Notes: a model not told the origin generated them from the sequence alone. Shown: positions 11,301 through 22,062, numbered from the stretch's first letter. The stretch: 64,000 nucleotides of DNA from Pelagomonas calceolata (GCA_918797485.1 CAKKNE010000002.1:1736001-1800000), one strand, 5' to 3'. Made by a program: numbers and translations.

Positions 11301-12036
11301 CGTCGCGGCGTGGCTCCGCGGCGCGATCGAGGCCGCCTCGCTGCGCGACTGCGCGCGCGACTGCGCGGCGCACTTCGCCCCAAACGGCGCCGCCGCCTTT
11401 GTGGCGCGCGACTACCGCGAGCGCATGGGGCTTAGAGCACTGAAGCCTGCCAACGTCGTCAAGCCTGAGGCCAAGCCGGACGTGAAGCCCGACGTCAAAC
11501 CCGACGTCAAGCCGGCCGTCCCGCCGGCGCCTACGGTCGGCGAGCTCAAGGCGCGGCTCCGGGCCCGGGGCATTCCGGAGCAGAAGATATCTGCATGCCT
11601 CGAAAAGCGCGAGCTGGTCGCGCTCCTGGCGGAGGCCGAGGCACCCTCGCCGCCGGCCGCGTCGATGGCGCCGCCAGCGCCGCCGGCGGCGCCGCCGTCG
11701 CAGGCGTCGGCCGCGTCGCAGCCGTTCGTCTACGACCTCGCCGGCTCGTCGAGCGACGAGGAGGACGGCGGCGCGGCCCGCGACGCGAAGCGGGCGCGCT
11801 TGTCGGAGGAGTCGTCGCGGTCGCTGCCGAGCTCCTTCTTCTGCGCTATTTCCCACTCCGTGATGCGCGACCCGGTCGTCTGCGCCGACGGCATGACGTA
11901 CGAGCGGGCTTACATCGAATCTTGGCTCCTCGCGCACGACACGTCGCCGCTGACCAACCAGCCGCTGCCGCACAAGCTGCTCGTGCCGAACATCGCCCTC
12001 AAGCAGGCCATCGACGAGATGCTGGAGCGCGTGTGA
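8330..12036 (+). CDS. XPD-family Fe-S DNA helicase (FANCJ/RTEL1-like) with C-terminal SAP-like motif and U-box; intron 11169-11221
   Basis: Motifs ESPTGTGKT, YATRT, LASRAHYC, FCPYQYL, IVDEAHN, LASGTL, RGKCSEGI and RALNQALGR. Splicing gives ALGRSIRHLHDYGALVLLDARF and continues to a U-box, FFCAISHSVMRDPVVCADGMTYERAYIESWL..TSPLTNQPL..LVPNIALK. Confidence 0.88.
11169..11221 (+). other. Spliceosomal intron (GT-AG, 53 nt) joining the two helicase ORFs
   Basis: A|GTGCGC...TTTCCACGCAG|GC; removal restores helicase motif VI (GRSIRH). Confidence 0.85.
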
Positions 12037-12421
12037 GTGTAAAGAAATGTGCGCATGATGCAGCCCCCGGGGCGCCCACCACAGGGTGATTGCCTACGCC
12101 CCGGCCCGTGCCCCGCGAGAAGAATGGCACCACTCGTGTGAAGATTCGCGCGCGCATCCGCGGCGGCGCCTACCACTACGCCGGCGCAGGACGTACCGAG
12201 CGCGAAGGATAGCTCGGCACCCCCAATCTAAGAGCACCTCCGCGGAAAGCTGGAAAGCGTGGCGCGCCAACGGCTAGCGAGTTTTGGGTTTCACACCCTC
12301 AACGACAGCCCGCTTACCTCGCCGCGTGTGGGCCCGCAATCCCGCGCCCACGGCTCGCAGACCACCGCCTCGTTTGTGTGGTGGAAACTCGCGGCGGACC
12401 GCCACCGGGGCAGCCGCAAAG

Positions 12422-14114
12422 ATGGCGCGCCGCCGCCAGTGTCGCGGCAGCCTGGCCTGCCGTAAGGCCAGGGGCAAGGGCATGCTGGGCTTTTGCGCCG
12501 CCCTCGCTATGGCTGGGGTGGCCATCGAGTCGAAGCGCTACTTCGCGGGCGAGCTGCACGTGGAGGTGGAGCAGGAGGGCCAGACGCATCGGCGCCTCCA
12601 GATGGTCGAGGACCGCGCATGAATCACATTGTCGCGCCGCGTCGCCACGCCTCCGACGCGGCGCCGGCTCGATCGCGCGACTCACCGGTTGACTCCACGC
12701 ACAGGCCAGCGACGCCTTCATCGAGAACAAGTCGCGGTGCAAGGCCAAGAACCAGCGCCGGGCCAAGCTCAAGGAGTCCCACAGCAACCACAAGAAGAAC
12801 GCCGACTGCAACCGGGGCATGGTCATCTTCCACATCCTGGGCGTGATCTACATGTTCCTGGGGCTCATGATCGTCTGCGACAACTTCTTCGGGCCGGCGC
12901 TCGACGTCATGGTCGACAAGTGGTCCATCGACGACGACGTCGCCGGCGCGACGTTCATGGCGGCCGGCGGCAGCGCGCCCGAGCTCGCGACGTCGTTCAT
13001 GGGCCGCTTCGTCTCGAAGTCGGACGTGGGCTTCGGGACGATCGTGGGCAGCGCAGTCTTCAACGTGCTCTTCGTGATTGGGCTGTGCGCCCTGGTCGTG
13101 CCCGGCGGCGAGGTGCCGCTCACGTGGTGGCCGCTCTTCCGCGACTGCTCGTATTATATCGTCGGGCTCGCGGTTTTGGCGGTTCTCGTGAAGGGCGCGG
13201 ACTCGATGAACTGGTGGGAGGCCTGTGTGCTGTTCCTCATGTACATCGGCTACGTGACGATCATGTTCTTCAACGAGAAGCTGGAGACCTTCTTCACGAA
13301 GCTCTTCAAGATGGAGAAGAACGCGAAGGTGCGCGACGACCCGAAGCCCGTGGAGGGGGAGAAGCTCGAGAAGGGCGAGGGCGGCCCCGACGGCGCCGAG
13401 GAGGAGGGCGGCGGCGATGGCGGCGACGACGACGACGACGACGAGTGGGACGACCCCTGGGAGATGCCCGACGAGAAGCCGGCCTGCGTGCTCTGGGTCG
13501 TGTGCCTGCCGCTGAACGCGATGCTGTACGGCACGCTGCCGGACGTCGCGCGGCCGGTCGACGACAAGCCCGGGCGGACCGTGCCGTGGATGCCGGCGGG
13601 CGAGGACTACTTCATCGTCACCTTCTTCGCCTGCCTGCTGTGGCTCATCGTCTTCAGCTACTGCATGGTCGTCTGGGTCACGATCATCGGCGCGGTCTTC
13701 GGCATCTCCGACTACATCATGGGCCTGACGATCCTGGCGAGCGGCACGTCCATCCCCGACGCGCTCAGCTCCATGTACATGGCCAAGGAGGGCCGCGGCG
13801 ACATGGCCATCTCGTCCTCCATCGGCTCGAACGTCTTCGACATCCTCGTCGGCCTGCCCGTGCCGACGATCATCAAGTACATCGTGGTCGCGGCCCAGGG
13901 CAACAACCTCGACAAGCTCGCGCGCTGGAACTTCGACACGGCGGGCATCGTCTTCGACACGGTCCTCCTGCTGATGATGGTCGCGCTCATCGTTACGAGC
14001 ATCATGCTCACGAACTGGGTACTGAACATCAAGCTGGGGACGATGATGTTCTTGCTGTACTTCATCTTCCTGGTCGTGTGCATCCTCAACAAGGTGACGG
14101 GCGTGGCCGCGTGA
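12422..14114 (+). CDS. K+-dependent Na+/Ca2+ exchanger (NCKX/SLC24-like); probable GC-AG intron 12617-12704; start codon uncertain (12422 or 12482)
   Basis: Alpha repeats AGATFMAAGGSAPELATS and GLTILASGTSIPDALSS..GDMAISSSIGSNVFDIL, plus an acidic loop. The upstream hydrophobic exon joins in phase 0. Confidence 0.85.
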
Positions 14115-14181
14115 GCGCGCCGCCCCGGTTCACCCCCAGCTTCCCCCCGTCGGCGGACGCGCCTAGTAAATGCTTATAGTA

Positions 14182-14967
14182 CTACCTACCGAGCCGCCGT
14201 CGCAGGGCCTCGGCGGCGCCCGAGTTCGAAGATCCCGCGGGCCGGTCGTCGGGCGGCGGCCGAGGCGCCGGCGGCGGTGCGTCGTCGTCGCCGCCGCGCC
14301 GCCGCCATCCGCGGTCGAAGGACGACGATCCGCCGCCGAGAGTGGTCCGCGCCGAGATGCCGACCCAGCCGTCGCCGCCGGCGCGGTCCGCCGACGACTG
14401 CGGCGCGGCGGGGGCGGCGGGCGCCGCGGGCCGCGCGCCCTTGAGGCCCTTGACGCCCTTCATTGCCGCCCCGAATTGCGTCTCGAGCTTCTGGGAATAG
14501 CTCCGCAGCAGGTCAGCGTCGGTCTGCTCGCCGTGCAACCGCACCTTCGGCGCGCGCTCGGCCGGCGGCGCGGGAGCCGCGCGGCCACGGCCGCGGCCGC
14601 GCGGCCGTCGTGGCGCGCGCCGGGCCGCGGCGTCCGCGGCGCGCAAAAACGCCTCCGGCGCCTGTCCGCCCGTCAGCTCGCGCACGCTGCCCCACCGCTC
14701 GCGCACGCAGTCCTCGAGGCTCCGTTTCGTCCGCTCGCTCTCCGCCATCGCCCGTTTCAGCGCGGCGGCCCGCCACTGCAGCCCGCCGTCGCCGGTGGCC
14801 GCGCCGGGCGCCGCGGTGCCGTCCGCGGGCCGCGCGCGCTTGAGGCCGGCCTTGGGCTCAGCCGGAGGCGCCGCTGCTGCTGCAGGGACGGCGGTGGTCG
14901 TGTCGCCGCCGTCGTCTTCGTCTTTGTCTCCGGACCAGATTATGCCCAGGAGGATTGGGGTGGCCAT
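14182..14967 (-). CDS. Hypothetical protein with a CWF19L2-N-terminus-like motif
   Basis: GDGGLQWRAAALKRAMAESERTKRSLEDCVRERWGSV resembles the conserved N-terminal segment of CWF19-like 2 proteins (recalled, not searched). The rest is low complexity. Confidence 0.5.
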   Translation of the reverse strand: MATPILLGIIWSGDKDEDDGGDTTTAVPAAAAAPPAEPKAGLKRARPADGTAAPGAATGDGGLQWRAAALKRAMAESERTKRSLEDCVRERWGSVRELTGGQAPEAFLRAADAAARRAPRRPRGRGRGRAAPAPPAERAPKVRLHGEQTDADLLRSYSQKLETQFGAAMKGVKGLKGARPAAPAAPAAPQSSADRAGGDGWVGISARTTLGGGSSSFDRGWRRRGGDDDAPPPAPRPPPDDRPAGSSNSGAAEALRRRLGR

Positions 14968-15266
14968 GTGTTGTCTGTGCCAGGCTCTGTTACAGCAGGC
15001 AGTGCTGGTGTGGCAGCACGGATCAAATGCTAGTTTTGCACAGTAAACGCAAAGCTGTGTGAGCCTGCATCGCGCCTGCTGCGAGTCTCCTCGTGAGAGC
15101 TAGCTAGCTAGAGAGCTACTAGTATTTCTAAGCGTCGTCCGGGAGGAGTCGTCGGCGGGCGGCGCAAGGGGAGAGGTCGGTGCCATCCTTGCTCGCGAAG
15201 CGCCCGCGAAGCTGCGAGAGGCTGGCGCTGCATGGCAAAGAGGCTGCCCCGCAGCATAAAACCAGC

Positions 15267-15965
15267 ATGGTGCTCGTCCACGTGAAGTACGGCGAGGCCT
15301 CCATGGCGCCGGCGGTCTTTAACCCCGACTGCGACAGCGCGACGCTGCTCGACTATGTAAGAAGGCGCGCTGTGAAGGACACGGAGGCCTACGCGCGGCA
15401 GGCCGACGCGCGCGTGTCGGCCTTCGTGGGCGAGGTCGCGAACGACCTCGCCCGGGCGCGGGCCTCCTTTGATAGAATCAATCGCGGTCTGGAGGGCGAG
15501 GTCGACGCCGAGGACGAGGCGGCCGTCGCGGAGCGCGCCGAGGCGACGGCCGCGGCGGAGGCCGCGGCGGCGAAGGTCGCGCGGCTCGAGGAACTTGAAA
15601 AGGTGCGGACGGCCCAGAAGGACGCTTTGATAAATGGCGTGGGCCTCTTCAAGGGTTTGGACGCCGTCGATCTCCAGGAGGAGGGCGGCGCGGCTCTGAA
15701 TTTGAGGGGCGACCCGAAGCGGAACGCGAAGGACGTCCTCGGCCACCGGAAGACGTACGTCGTCGTGCGCGTGGGCGAGCCGCCGAGGCCGCCGCGCGAG
15801 CCGACGGACGAGGAGGCGGGCGAGGAGGGCGAGGAGGCGGCAGAGCCCGAGGCGGGGCCGGACCCCGACGCGCTCGTCCCGCTTACTTTCGAACTTCCGC
15901 CGGATCCCGTGGAGCCGGTCGAGGAGCCCGCCGCGGAGCCTGCTGCCGAGGAGGGGGCGGAGTAA
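15267..15965 (+). CDS. Hypothetical protein, C22orf15/CXorf65-like, with an inserted coiled coil
   Basis: MVLVHVKYG..VFNPDCDSATLLDYVRRR and VDLQEEGG..NL..P..AKDVL..RKTYVVV flank an Ala/Glu helical segment; acidic tail. Confidence 0.5.
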   Translation: MVLVHVKYGEASMAPAVFNPDCDSATLLDYVRRRAVKDTEAYARQADARVSAFVGEVANDLARARASFDRINRGLEGEVDAEDEAAVAERAEATAAAEAAAAKVARLEELEKVRTAQKDALINGVGLFKGLDAVDLQEEGGAALNLRGDPKRNAKDVLGHRKTYVVVRVGEPPRPPREPTDEEAGEEGEEAAEPEAGPDPDALVPLTFELPPDPVEPVEEPAAEPAAEEGAE

Positions 15966-16156
15966 GAGGCGTTCTCTATGTACCCCCTACCAGGTATAAG
16001 TACCATGGTACCTCGCGTCGCGTGCGCTGGCGCCTTGTAAATCGCCCTTGCTCGCGGCGTCGTTGCAAGACGTTGCAACCTGACTTGCAATTACTGCACC
16101 TCTGTCCCAGCACTCGACCTTTGGAGGCGTAACCCATTCTTTGGCAAGCGCTAATC

Positions 16157-17737
16157 ATGCCTAGGCTGCTGGATCTGCTCGTCCTGTGCACAGCTGCACA
16201 GGGCTTCGTGGTGCCGCTTCGAAGGCTGCGCGCGACGCAGCACCGATGTCGTGTCGATTTGCAAGCGGCCGACCTGGACGACTTCGAGCCGTACATGAGC
16301 CCGGCGGCGCGCGCCGCCGCGCGGGCCGCTGCGCGGGCCGACGAGCCAAACGCGCTGCTGGCGGCGGCCGGCATCGTGGCGTTCCTCTTCCTGGCGGCGA
16401 CGGTCTTCACGGTCGAGGAAGACAACGCGACGCCGCCGCCGCTCGGCGCGACCTATCCCCGCCTCGACGTCTGGACCGGAGCCGAGGAGCCGCGGCGCGG
16501 CGCGGCGCCGACGGAGACGACGTTCACGCTCGCCCCGGTCGTGACGCCGGGCCAGCTCTGGTCAGCGACGATCTTCCAGTGGCGCGTCTTCTCGCTCGAG
16601 ACCAACGTGCCGACGGGCTTCCAGCGCGGCCCCGGCGACCCGGCCGCCATCGAGCTGCTGCGCGCCGTCGTCGAGTTCTTCACGCGGGGCCTCCCGAACG
16701 CGAAGCGCTACGAGGGCCGCGTCGAGGACGAGTTCGCCGCGGGGCCCGACGGCACGCATGGACGGCCGCCGGCGCCCGGCACCTTTCGCGCCGCCGACCG
16801 ACCCGACGCCGTCGTCCGCCGCTGCTCGGATTTTGTTGATGGGTTCGGCCTGTCCGTGACGGCCGACGCGGCGGACGGCGAGCGCCTGGGCCTGGCGAGC
16901 TTGCGGTTGCGGCGCCTGCCGCCGCGCGAGGCGCTGTGGCCCCGCGAGGGCGAGGACGATCACGGCGACGGGCACGACTACCGCTACGCGGCCTACATCA
17001 CGGGCCTCGCCGTGGCGAAGTCCGCGCGGCGGCGCGGCGTCGCGTCGACGCTAGTCGATTACGCCGAAAGGAAGGGCGCGGCCTGGGGCGCCGCCGGCCT
17101 CTGCCTCCACGTGAATCGGTTGAACACGCCGGCGCTGCGGCTCTACGACCGGCTCGGCTTCTCCGTCGTGCCGGACTGGTACGGCTACAACAACCAGCGG
17201 TTCCTGCTCTTCAAGCCGCTGAACGGCGAGGCGGCGGAGACGCCGCCTCCGGCGCCACCGCCGCGGAACGCGCTGTCGCCGCTCCAGAAGGAGATTCTCG
17301 TCGACGGCGAGACGGAACCTCCGGGCGCGTCTGCCAGACCAGGCGGCCTCGATTATGACCTCAGGCAGGCGTACGGCACCGCGTTTCCCGCGGAGGGTGC
17401 GTACCGCTGCGTCCGATGTTCCGCCAAGGTCTACTGGGCCCGCACCAAAATGGGGTGCGGCTGCGGGTGGCCGGCGTTCTACGACTGCGTCGAGGGCGCC
17501 GTCGACGAGCGGCCCGAGTACAACGACCCGCTCTCGTCGGCCCCGCCGAAGTACGGCGTCGAGGCGGTCTGCAAAGCGTGCGGCGGCCACCTCGGGCACG
17601 TCATCAGGGGAGAGGGCCTCGGGACGCCGACGGACGCGCGGCATTGTATCAACGGGGCCGTGCTCCGTTATGATCCTGCCGCGGAGGGGCAGCCCGACGA
17701 CGTCGCGCAGATGGCGGAGGAATTGTTGGGGGAGTGA
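16157..17737 (+). CDS. GNAT acetyltransferase - methionine-R-sulfoxide reductase (MsrB) fusion, putatively plastid-targeted
   Basis: Signal peptide ending AQG-FVV. GNAT motifs YITGLAV..ARRRGVA and N..ALRLYDRLGF. MsrB motifs CxxC, GCGWPAF, CxxCGGHLGHV and RHCIN. Confidence 0.85.
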   Translation: MPRLLDLLVLCTAAQGFVVPLRRLRATQHRCRVDLQAADLDDFEPYMSPAARAAARAAARADEPNALLAAAGIVAFLFLAATVFTVEEDNATPPPLGATYPRLDVWTGAEEPRRGAAPTETTFTLAPVVTPGQLWSATIFQWRVFSLETNVPTGFQRGPGDPAAIELLRAVVEFFTRGLPNAKRYEGRVEDEFAAGPDGTHGRPPAPGTFRAADRPDAVVRRCSDFVDGFGLSVTADAADGERLGLASLRLRRLPPREALWPREGEDDHGDGHDYRYAAYITGLAVAKSARRRGVASTLVDYAERKGAAWGAAGLCLHVNRLNTPALRLYDRLGFSVVPDWYGYNNQRFLLFKPLNGEAAETPPPAPPPRNALSPLQKEILVDGETEPPGASARPGGLDYDLRQAYGTAFPAEGAYRCVRCSAKVYWARTKMGCGCGWPAFYDCVEGAVDERPEYNDPLSSAPPKYGVEAVCKACGGHLGHVIRGEGLGTPTDARHCINGAVLRYDPAAEGQPDDVAQMAEELLGE

Positions 17738-17794
17738 ACGTCGTGTGTTAACTTGTGTCTTCTAATTTCGCAGGGTGTGCAGAGGGGATGGGGG

Positions 17795-18757
17795 CTACAG
17801 AGGCTTCTGCCCGGACGAGACCACCGCCGGCATGCGCAGAGCTCCGCGCCGCTCACGGAAGCGTCGCCTCAGCTCCTCTCGGACGGCCTCCGCCTCCGTC
17901 TCGGTTTGGCCGCGCAGGAGCTCCCGCGTCCGCGCCGTGCCCTCGAGGAATATCTCGTACAGCTCGTCGGCGGAGTCCACGTGCCACTCCATCCAATCCA
18001 CGGTCGTCACGTCGACGTCGACGAAGCCGGCCTTTGCCAGGGCCCGGCGCACCGTCGCGGGATCCGCGTACTGGAAGAACGGCGGCCCGGCCGGCAGCGG
18101 GACGTTCGGATTGCCCGCGGCGTTCACGGCGCCCAGGACCAGGTCGAAGCCCTCGGTGGCCGGCGGCGCCGCCCAGGCCGAAAAGGCCAGCCGCCCGCCC
18201 GGCTTGAGAACGCGGTAGCTCTCCGCCAGAAAGGCGTCCGGGTCGGAGAGGTGCAGGATGCCGAAGTTGCTCGTCACGGCATCGAACGCGGCGGCGCGCA
18301 GCGGCATGGCCTGGGCGTCGCCCAGCGCGAACTTCAAGGTCACCCGGTCCGGCGTGTTTGGGTATTTGGCGCTGAGACGTTCCTGGGCGAGTCGGAGAAA
18401 GTTGGGGGAGAAGTCGAGCGCGGTGTAGGCGCCGCCACTGCCGGCTAGAGCTATCGCGGCGTCGAGGACCTGGCCGGGGCCGCACGCGACGTCCAGCAGG
18501 CTGCCAACCTCCTTCAACATGCCGCTCAATAGCACACCGTCTTTTTGAAATCCGGCCCGGTCGAGGAGGGTCGGCACCGCCTGCGACGTGAGCGGGCCGA
18601 AGCCCTTGTCGTACGCGTCGACGGCGCGTTGCCAGTTTACGTACTCGAGGTCCGTAAACGCGTCTTTCTCCTGACCACACGATGCCGACGTGGATAATGC
18701 TATGGCGGGCCACGCCGCCGTCACGACGAGGGCAAATTTAAGCGCGAGACGTGTCAT
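17795..18757 (-). CDS. Class I SAM-dependent methyltransferase (UbiE/type 11-like) with signal peptide
   Basis: Motifs LLDVACGPG, LDFS, GDAQAMP, FDAV and RVLKPGGRLAF. Confidence 0.85.
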   Translation of the reverse strand: MTRLALKFALVVTAAWPAIALSTSASCGQEKDAFTDLEYVNWQRAVDAYDKGFGPLTSQAVPTLLDRAGFQKDGVLLSGMLKEVGSLLDVACGPGQVLDAAIALAGSGGAYTALDFSPNFLRLAQERLSAKYPNTPDRVTLKFALGDAQAMPLRAAAFDAVTSNFGILHLSDPDAFLAESYRVLKPGGRLAFSAWAAPPATEGFDLVLGAVNAAGNPNVPLPAGPPFFQYADPATVRRALAKAGFVDVDVTTVDWMEWHVDSADELYEIFLEGTARTRELLRGQTETEAEAVREELRRRFRERRGALRMPAVVSSGQKPL

Positions 18758-19215
18758 TGCAGCGGCTGCGTTAAATGCCAGGTGCCAAATGCAGCAAGGT
18801 AAGGTTTCAACTTTCAAGGCTTTCAGAGGGGCCAAGACTCACTTTCAATCTCTTCAGGTCGAAGCAAGGGTAAATTATTTGACTACCTCCGTGTCTGAAA
18901 CGCGGGTCGTCCACTACCACGCGGACTGTGCCTCTCGATAAAATGAGGCTAGTACCTTTGCGCTAGGCGCGCCCTGCTGTAGTCGGGCCCGCTGGGCGCA
19001 TTTATCGAAATTGTTACTGTCGATAGTGACTGCGGCGGCTCAAACCGCGGCTGCAGAGATTGGCCTTAGACTAGCAGCGATCCAGGCCTTAGACGCTGCG
19101 TTGATCAGTCGCGCGAGTTGCTCTCGCGTAGGCCGCCGCTACAGCTCGCAGAGCATAGCACCTATTGCGTCGGAGTCTGGTAAGAGCCAGCAGCACACAG
19201 TGCACAAAGAGAGCC

Positions 19216-19935
19216 ATGGGCGCCGTGCACGGCGTCGCCTACAAGTACGTCGCAATAGCGGCCGCGGCCTCGTACGGCGCCTACCTGAGCCAGCCGCACT
19301 CCTACGCGCGCCTCGGCCTGGGACTCGTCGGCGCCACGAACTCGGTCATCGTCGTCCTCTTCGTGGCGGACCGCGGGACGCAGCTGCTGGGCAAGGACGC
19401 GGTCACGGGCAAGGCGCCGTGGTACCGCGCGCTGCCCTGGGCGGGCTTTCTCCTCCCGACGTGGCTCTACACGTACGTGCACACGCTCGTGGGCCGCGTC
19501 GACACGGCGACCGAGGTCGCACCGGGCTGGTGGCTGGGCGGCCGCTACGCCGACAGGGCGCCCGGCCGGCCGGAGCGCTGGGCGGGCGTTTTGGACCTGA
19601 CGGTGGAGCTGCCGGAGCGGTGCCTGGACCTGTGCGACGACTACCTCTTGGTGAGATGCTGGGACGGCGCGCCGCCTCATTTGCATGATCTCGAGCGCGC
19701 CGCGGCCTTTTGTGCGACGGCGCGGCGGCGCGGGCCCGTTTTAGTACACTGCGCGCACGGTCGCGGCCGGTCGACGACGGCCATGTGCGCGGCGCTCGTG
19801 CGCGCGGGCGTCTGCCGCGACTGGCGCAGCGCCTTCGAGAAGTGTAGGCGTGCCCGACCGTGCGTCCGGCTCAACAAACGCATGCGCGCCGCGCTCGACG
19901 CGTGGGCCGAGGAGTATCCTTCACCAGTCTCCTAA
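19216..19935 (+). CDS. Dual-specificity phosphatase family protein with N-terminal TM segments
   Basis: Cx5R active site VLVHCAHGRGRS, plus DLTVELPE and CWDG motifs. Confidence 0.85.
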   Translation: MGAVHGVAYKYVAIAAAASYGAYLSQPHSYARLGLGLVGATNSVIVVLFVADRGTQLLGKDAVTGKAPWYRALPWAGFLLPTWLYTYVHTLVGRVDTATEVAPGWWLGGRYADRAPGRPERWAGVLDLTVELPERCLDLCDDYLLVRCWDGAPPHLHDLERAAAFCATARRRGPVLVHCAHGRGRSTTAMCAALVRAGVCRDWRSAFEKCRRARPCVRLNKRMRAALDAWAEEYPSPVS

Positions 19936-19951
19936 TATTTGTGAACACAAT

Positions 19952-20569
19952 TTACACACCTATGGCTTCGAGCTCGCCGCTCTGGGCGTTTCGGTTCTTC
20001 CAGAGCCCGCCGTACTGGTAGTGCGGATGACTGGCGTCGCCGTCGGGGACGCCGCCGGACACGCCCTTCCAGCACCGGCCGCAGACCATCCGCCACTTTT
20101 TCGTCGTGTCGGTACGGCACCTCACCAAGAGGTTGACGCTCGCGTCGCAGAGGTCGCACTGCTTCTGGCCCGTCGCCTCGTCGGCGACGCCGGCGCGCTT
20201 CGCCCGCCGCAGCGCCTTCGTCGCCTTCTTCGCGGCCTTGCGCAACGAGGGCGCTTCGTCGTCGACGACGACGGCGTCTGGCGCGGGAGCGCCTCCCCTT
20301 TTCCGCTCGGCGTTGCACCGTTTACTACAGCACGTCACTTCGTCCCAGCAGCGTTCCCACTTCTTGCGCCAGGTGAATGGTCTCTGGCACACGACGCATA
20401 CTTTGGTGGGTAGGTTTTCCTTCGATACGCCGTTTGGCATTCTGCCACCTCTGCCGCCTCGACCACCGCGGGCCGCGAGTGTCAACGATCTACCGCGTAG
20501 CGTGCTTACGCGAGTAAAGCTTGTCACGCTGCGAATCGTCGATGCTGCGAGAACGATTGCAACGCGCAT
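19952..20569 (-). CDS. DUF2256-like Zn-binding protein with a second Cys-rich domain; putative organelle targeting
   Basis: [36 protein letters not shown], followed by CDLC...CGRCW...YQYGGLWK. Confidence 0.75.
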   Translation of the reverse strand: MRVAIVLAASTIRSVTSFTRVSTLRGRSLTLAARGGRGGRGGRMPNGVSKENLPTKVCVVCQRPFTWRKKWERCWDEVTCCSKRCNAERKRGGAPAPDAVVVDDEAPSLRKAAKKATKALRRAKRAGVADEATGQKQCDLCDASVNLLVRCRTDTTKKWRMVCGRCWKGVSGGVPDGDASHPHYQYGGLWKNRNAQSGELEAIGV

Positions 20570-20881
20570 CGAGTCAGCTCTGTGATGCTGCTCTCTGGTG
20601 CTAACTTTGCAAATGTCTGCCGTTGCTTGCAAACAGTCGTGCAGCGCCGAGATCAGATAGGCTATGCTCGCATGCAATGGATAATATAACGTGAGCGGTC
20701 GCGTGTGTGACGGTCAAGGCCCTACAGCTGCGCTGGCAGATTAACTAGTGTATTGAGATACTAGCGTCACGCTAGGCCGCGGGGAGGGGTCCCGCAAACC
20801 CGTTGGGTTGAGAGTGGCTTAGCCAGGCTTCACTCTAGGAAATTAGGAGACGAGTTCAAATTACGCGTTGCGCGCGCGCGT

Positions 20882-21700
20882 TTAGTTACACGCCTTGCAC
20901 TCGCTCATTTCGTAGCTTTCCAATTTGTGGCAAATGCAACGGTGCGACCTGGCCTTGCACTCGCTTCGCTCGTAGCTCTCGAGTCTGGGACAAAGGCAAT
21001 GGTGAGTCGTCGCCTTGCAGTCGCTTCGTTCGTAACTCTCGAGTTGGGGGCAGAGGCACGCGTGCGTCGTGGCCTTGCAGTCGCTTCGTTCGTAGCTTTC
21101 GAGATGGGGGCAAAGGCAGTCGTGCGTCGTGGCCTTGCAATTGCCGCGCTCGTAGCTTTCAACGTGGCGGCAGCAGCAAGCGTGATGAGACGTCGCCTTG
21201 CACTTTCCGGGGTCGCCCAGGCGGCACGAGCATTTGTGCGCGCGCCGCGACACGCAATCGTCCGGGCCCGCGCGCAGGCACTCGCAGGGGCCGTCGAGCT
21301 TGCGCGCAAATTCCGCGACCTGCTGTTCGATGTAGCCTTCGGGGGGATTTTTAAGAATCCGCGTCAGCCACATGCGCTGGTGGCCGACGGGGTCGTGGAT
21401 CTTGCGCCACATCTCCTCGTCCGAGCCGTGGATGTCCGTCGACGTGCCATATCCGAGCGCATCGCTTTTGGCAAATAAGTTTTTCAGGAGACCCATCACC
21501 GGGCTTTCGCGCTTCTTCGCGCAGTGCGCCTGCCACTCGGGCGTCTCCCAGGGCATGGTCGTGGGGCTCGGCGCCTCCTCGTCGTCGTCGTCAGACTCGA
21601 TCTCGATGACGCGACGCCGCCGTTTCGGAGCCTCGCCTTCGGAGTCGGACCGCGTCAAATCGATCGTGGCTTTGCGCTTGACGGGTGAGGGAGTCTCCAT
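20882..21700 (-). CDS. Hypothetical protein with C-terminal 20-aa Cys/His tandem repeats
   Basis: 272-aa ORF with NLS-like and SIM-like N-terminal motifs; repeats of CKATTHxCLCPxLESYERSD. Confidence 0.65.
   Translation of the reverse strand: METPSPVKRKATIDLTRSDSEGEAPKRRRRVIEIESDDDDEEAPSPTTMPWETPEWQAHCAKKRESPVMGLLKNLFAKSDALGYGTSTDIHGSDEEMWRKIHDPVGHQRMWLTRILKNPPEGYIEQQVAEFARKLDGPCECLRAGPDDCVSRRAHKCSCRLGDPGKCKATSHHACCCRHVESYERGNCKATTHDCLCPHLESYERSDCKATTHACLCPQLESYERSDCKATTHHCLCPRLESYERSECKARSHRCICHKLESYEMSECKACN
20891..21203. repeat. Coding tandem repeat, 60-bp unit, about 5 copies
   Basis: GCCTTGCA...CGTAGCT recurs at about 20892, 20952, 21012, 21072 and 21132, with a partial GCCTTGCA at about 21194. 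Confidence 0.9.
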
Positions 21701-22062
21701 GGTTGACGAGCCTAGATCACGGCTCGGCTGAGTGACGTGCCTCTATGTTGCCTTGTGGCAACTCAATGTAGGGCCAGTTACGTCGCACGCTGCTAACGCA
21801 GTACGTAGCGGCTGAATATTGAAGCGTATCCCCAGCGCCCGGTGTCGCAGAACGATTTATCCGCTGAGCTTTGCCGCCTCCAAAAAGCCAGCCAGCGAGG
21901 TGCCCACAGCACCGTGCGGAGAGTATGCGCACCTTACTCTGTCCTAGCCCGACGGATGGGTCCAGGAGGAGCGGGAGCGCCTGGAGGGCGCGCGCGTCGT
22001 AACCTTAAGACCCGGAAGTGACGGAAACTAAGTTACGCGCGGAAAGGAGGACCAAACGACAC

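Noticed and set aside
17260..17737. Selenocysteine in the MsrB domain
   Set aside because: The catalytic position is a TGT Cys and there is no in-frame TGA.
20891..21203. 60-bp periodic repeat as a CRISPR array
   Set aside because: The whole unit is repeated in frame inside an ORF and there are no unique spacers.
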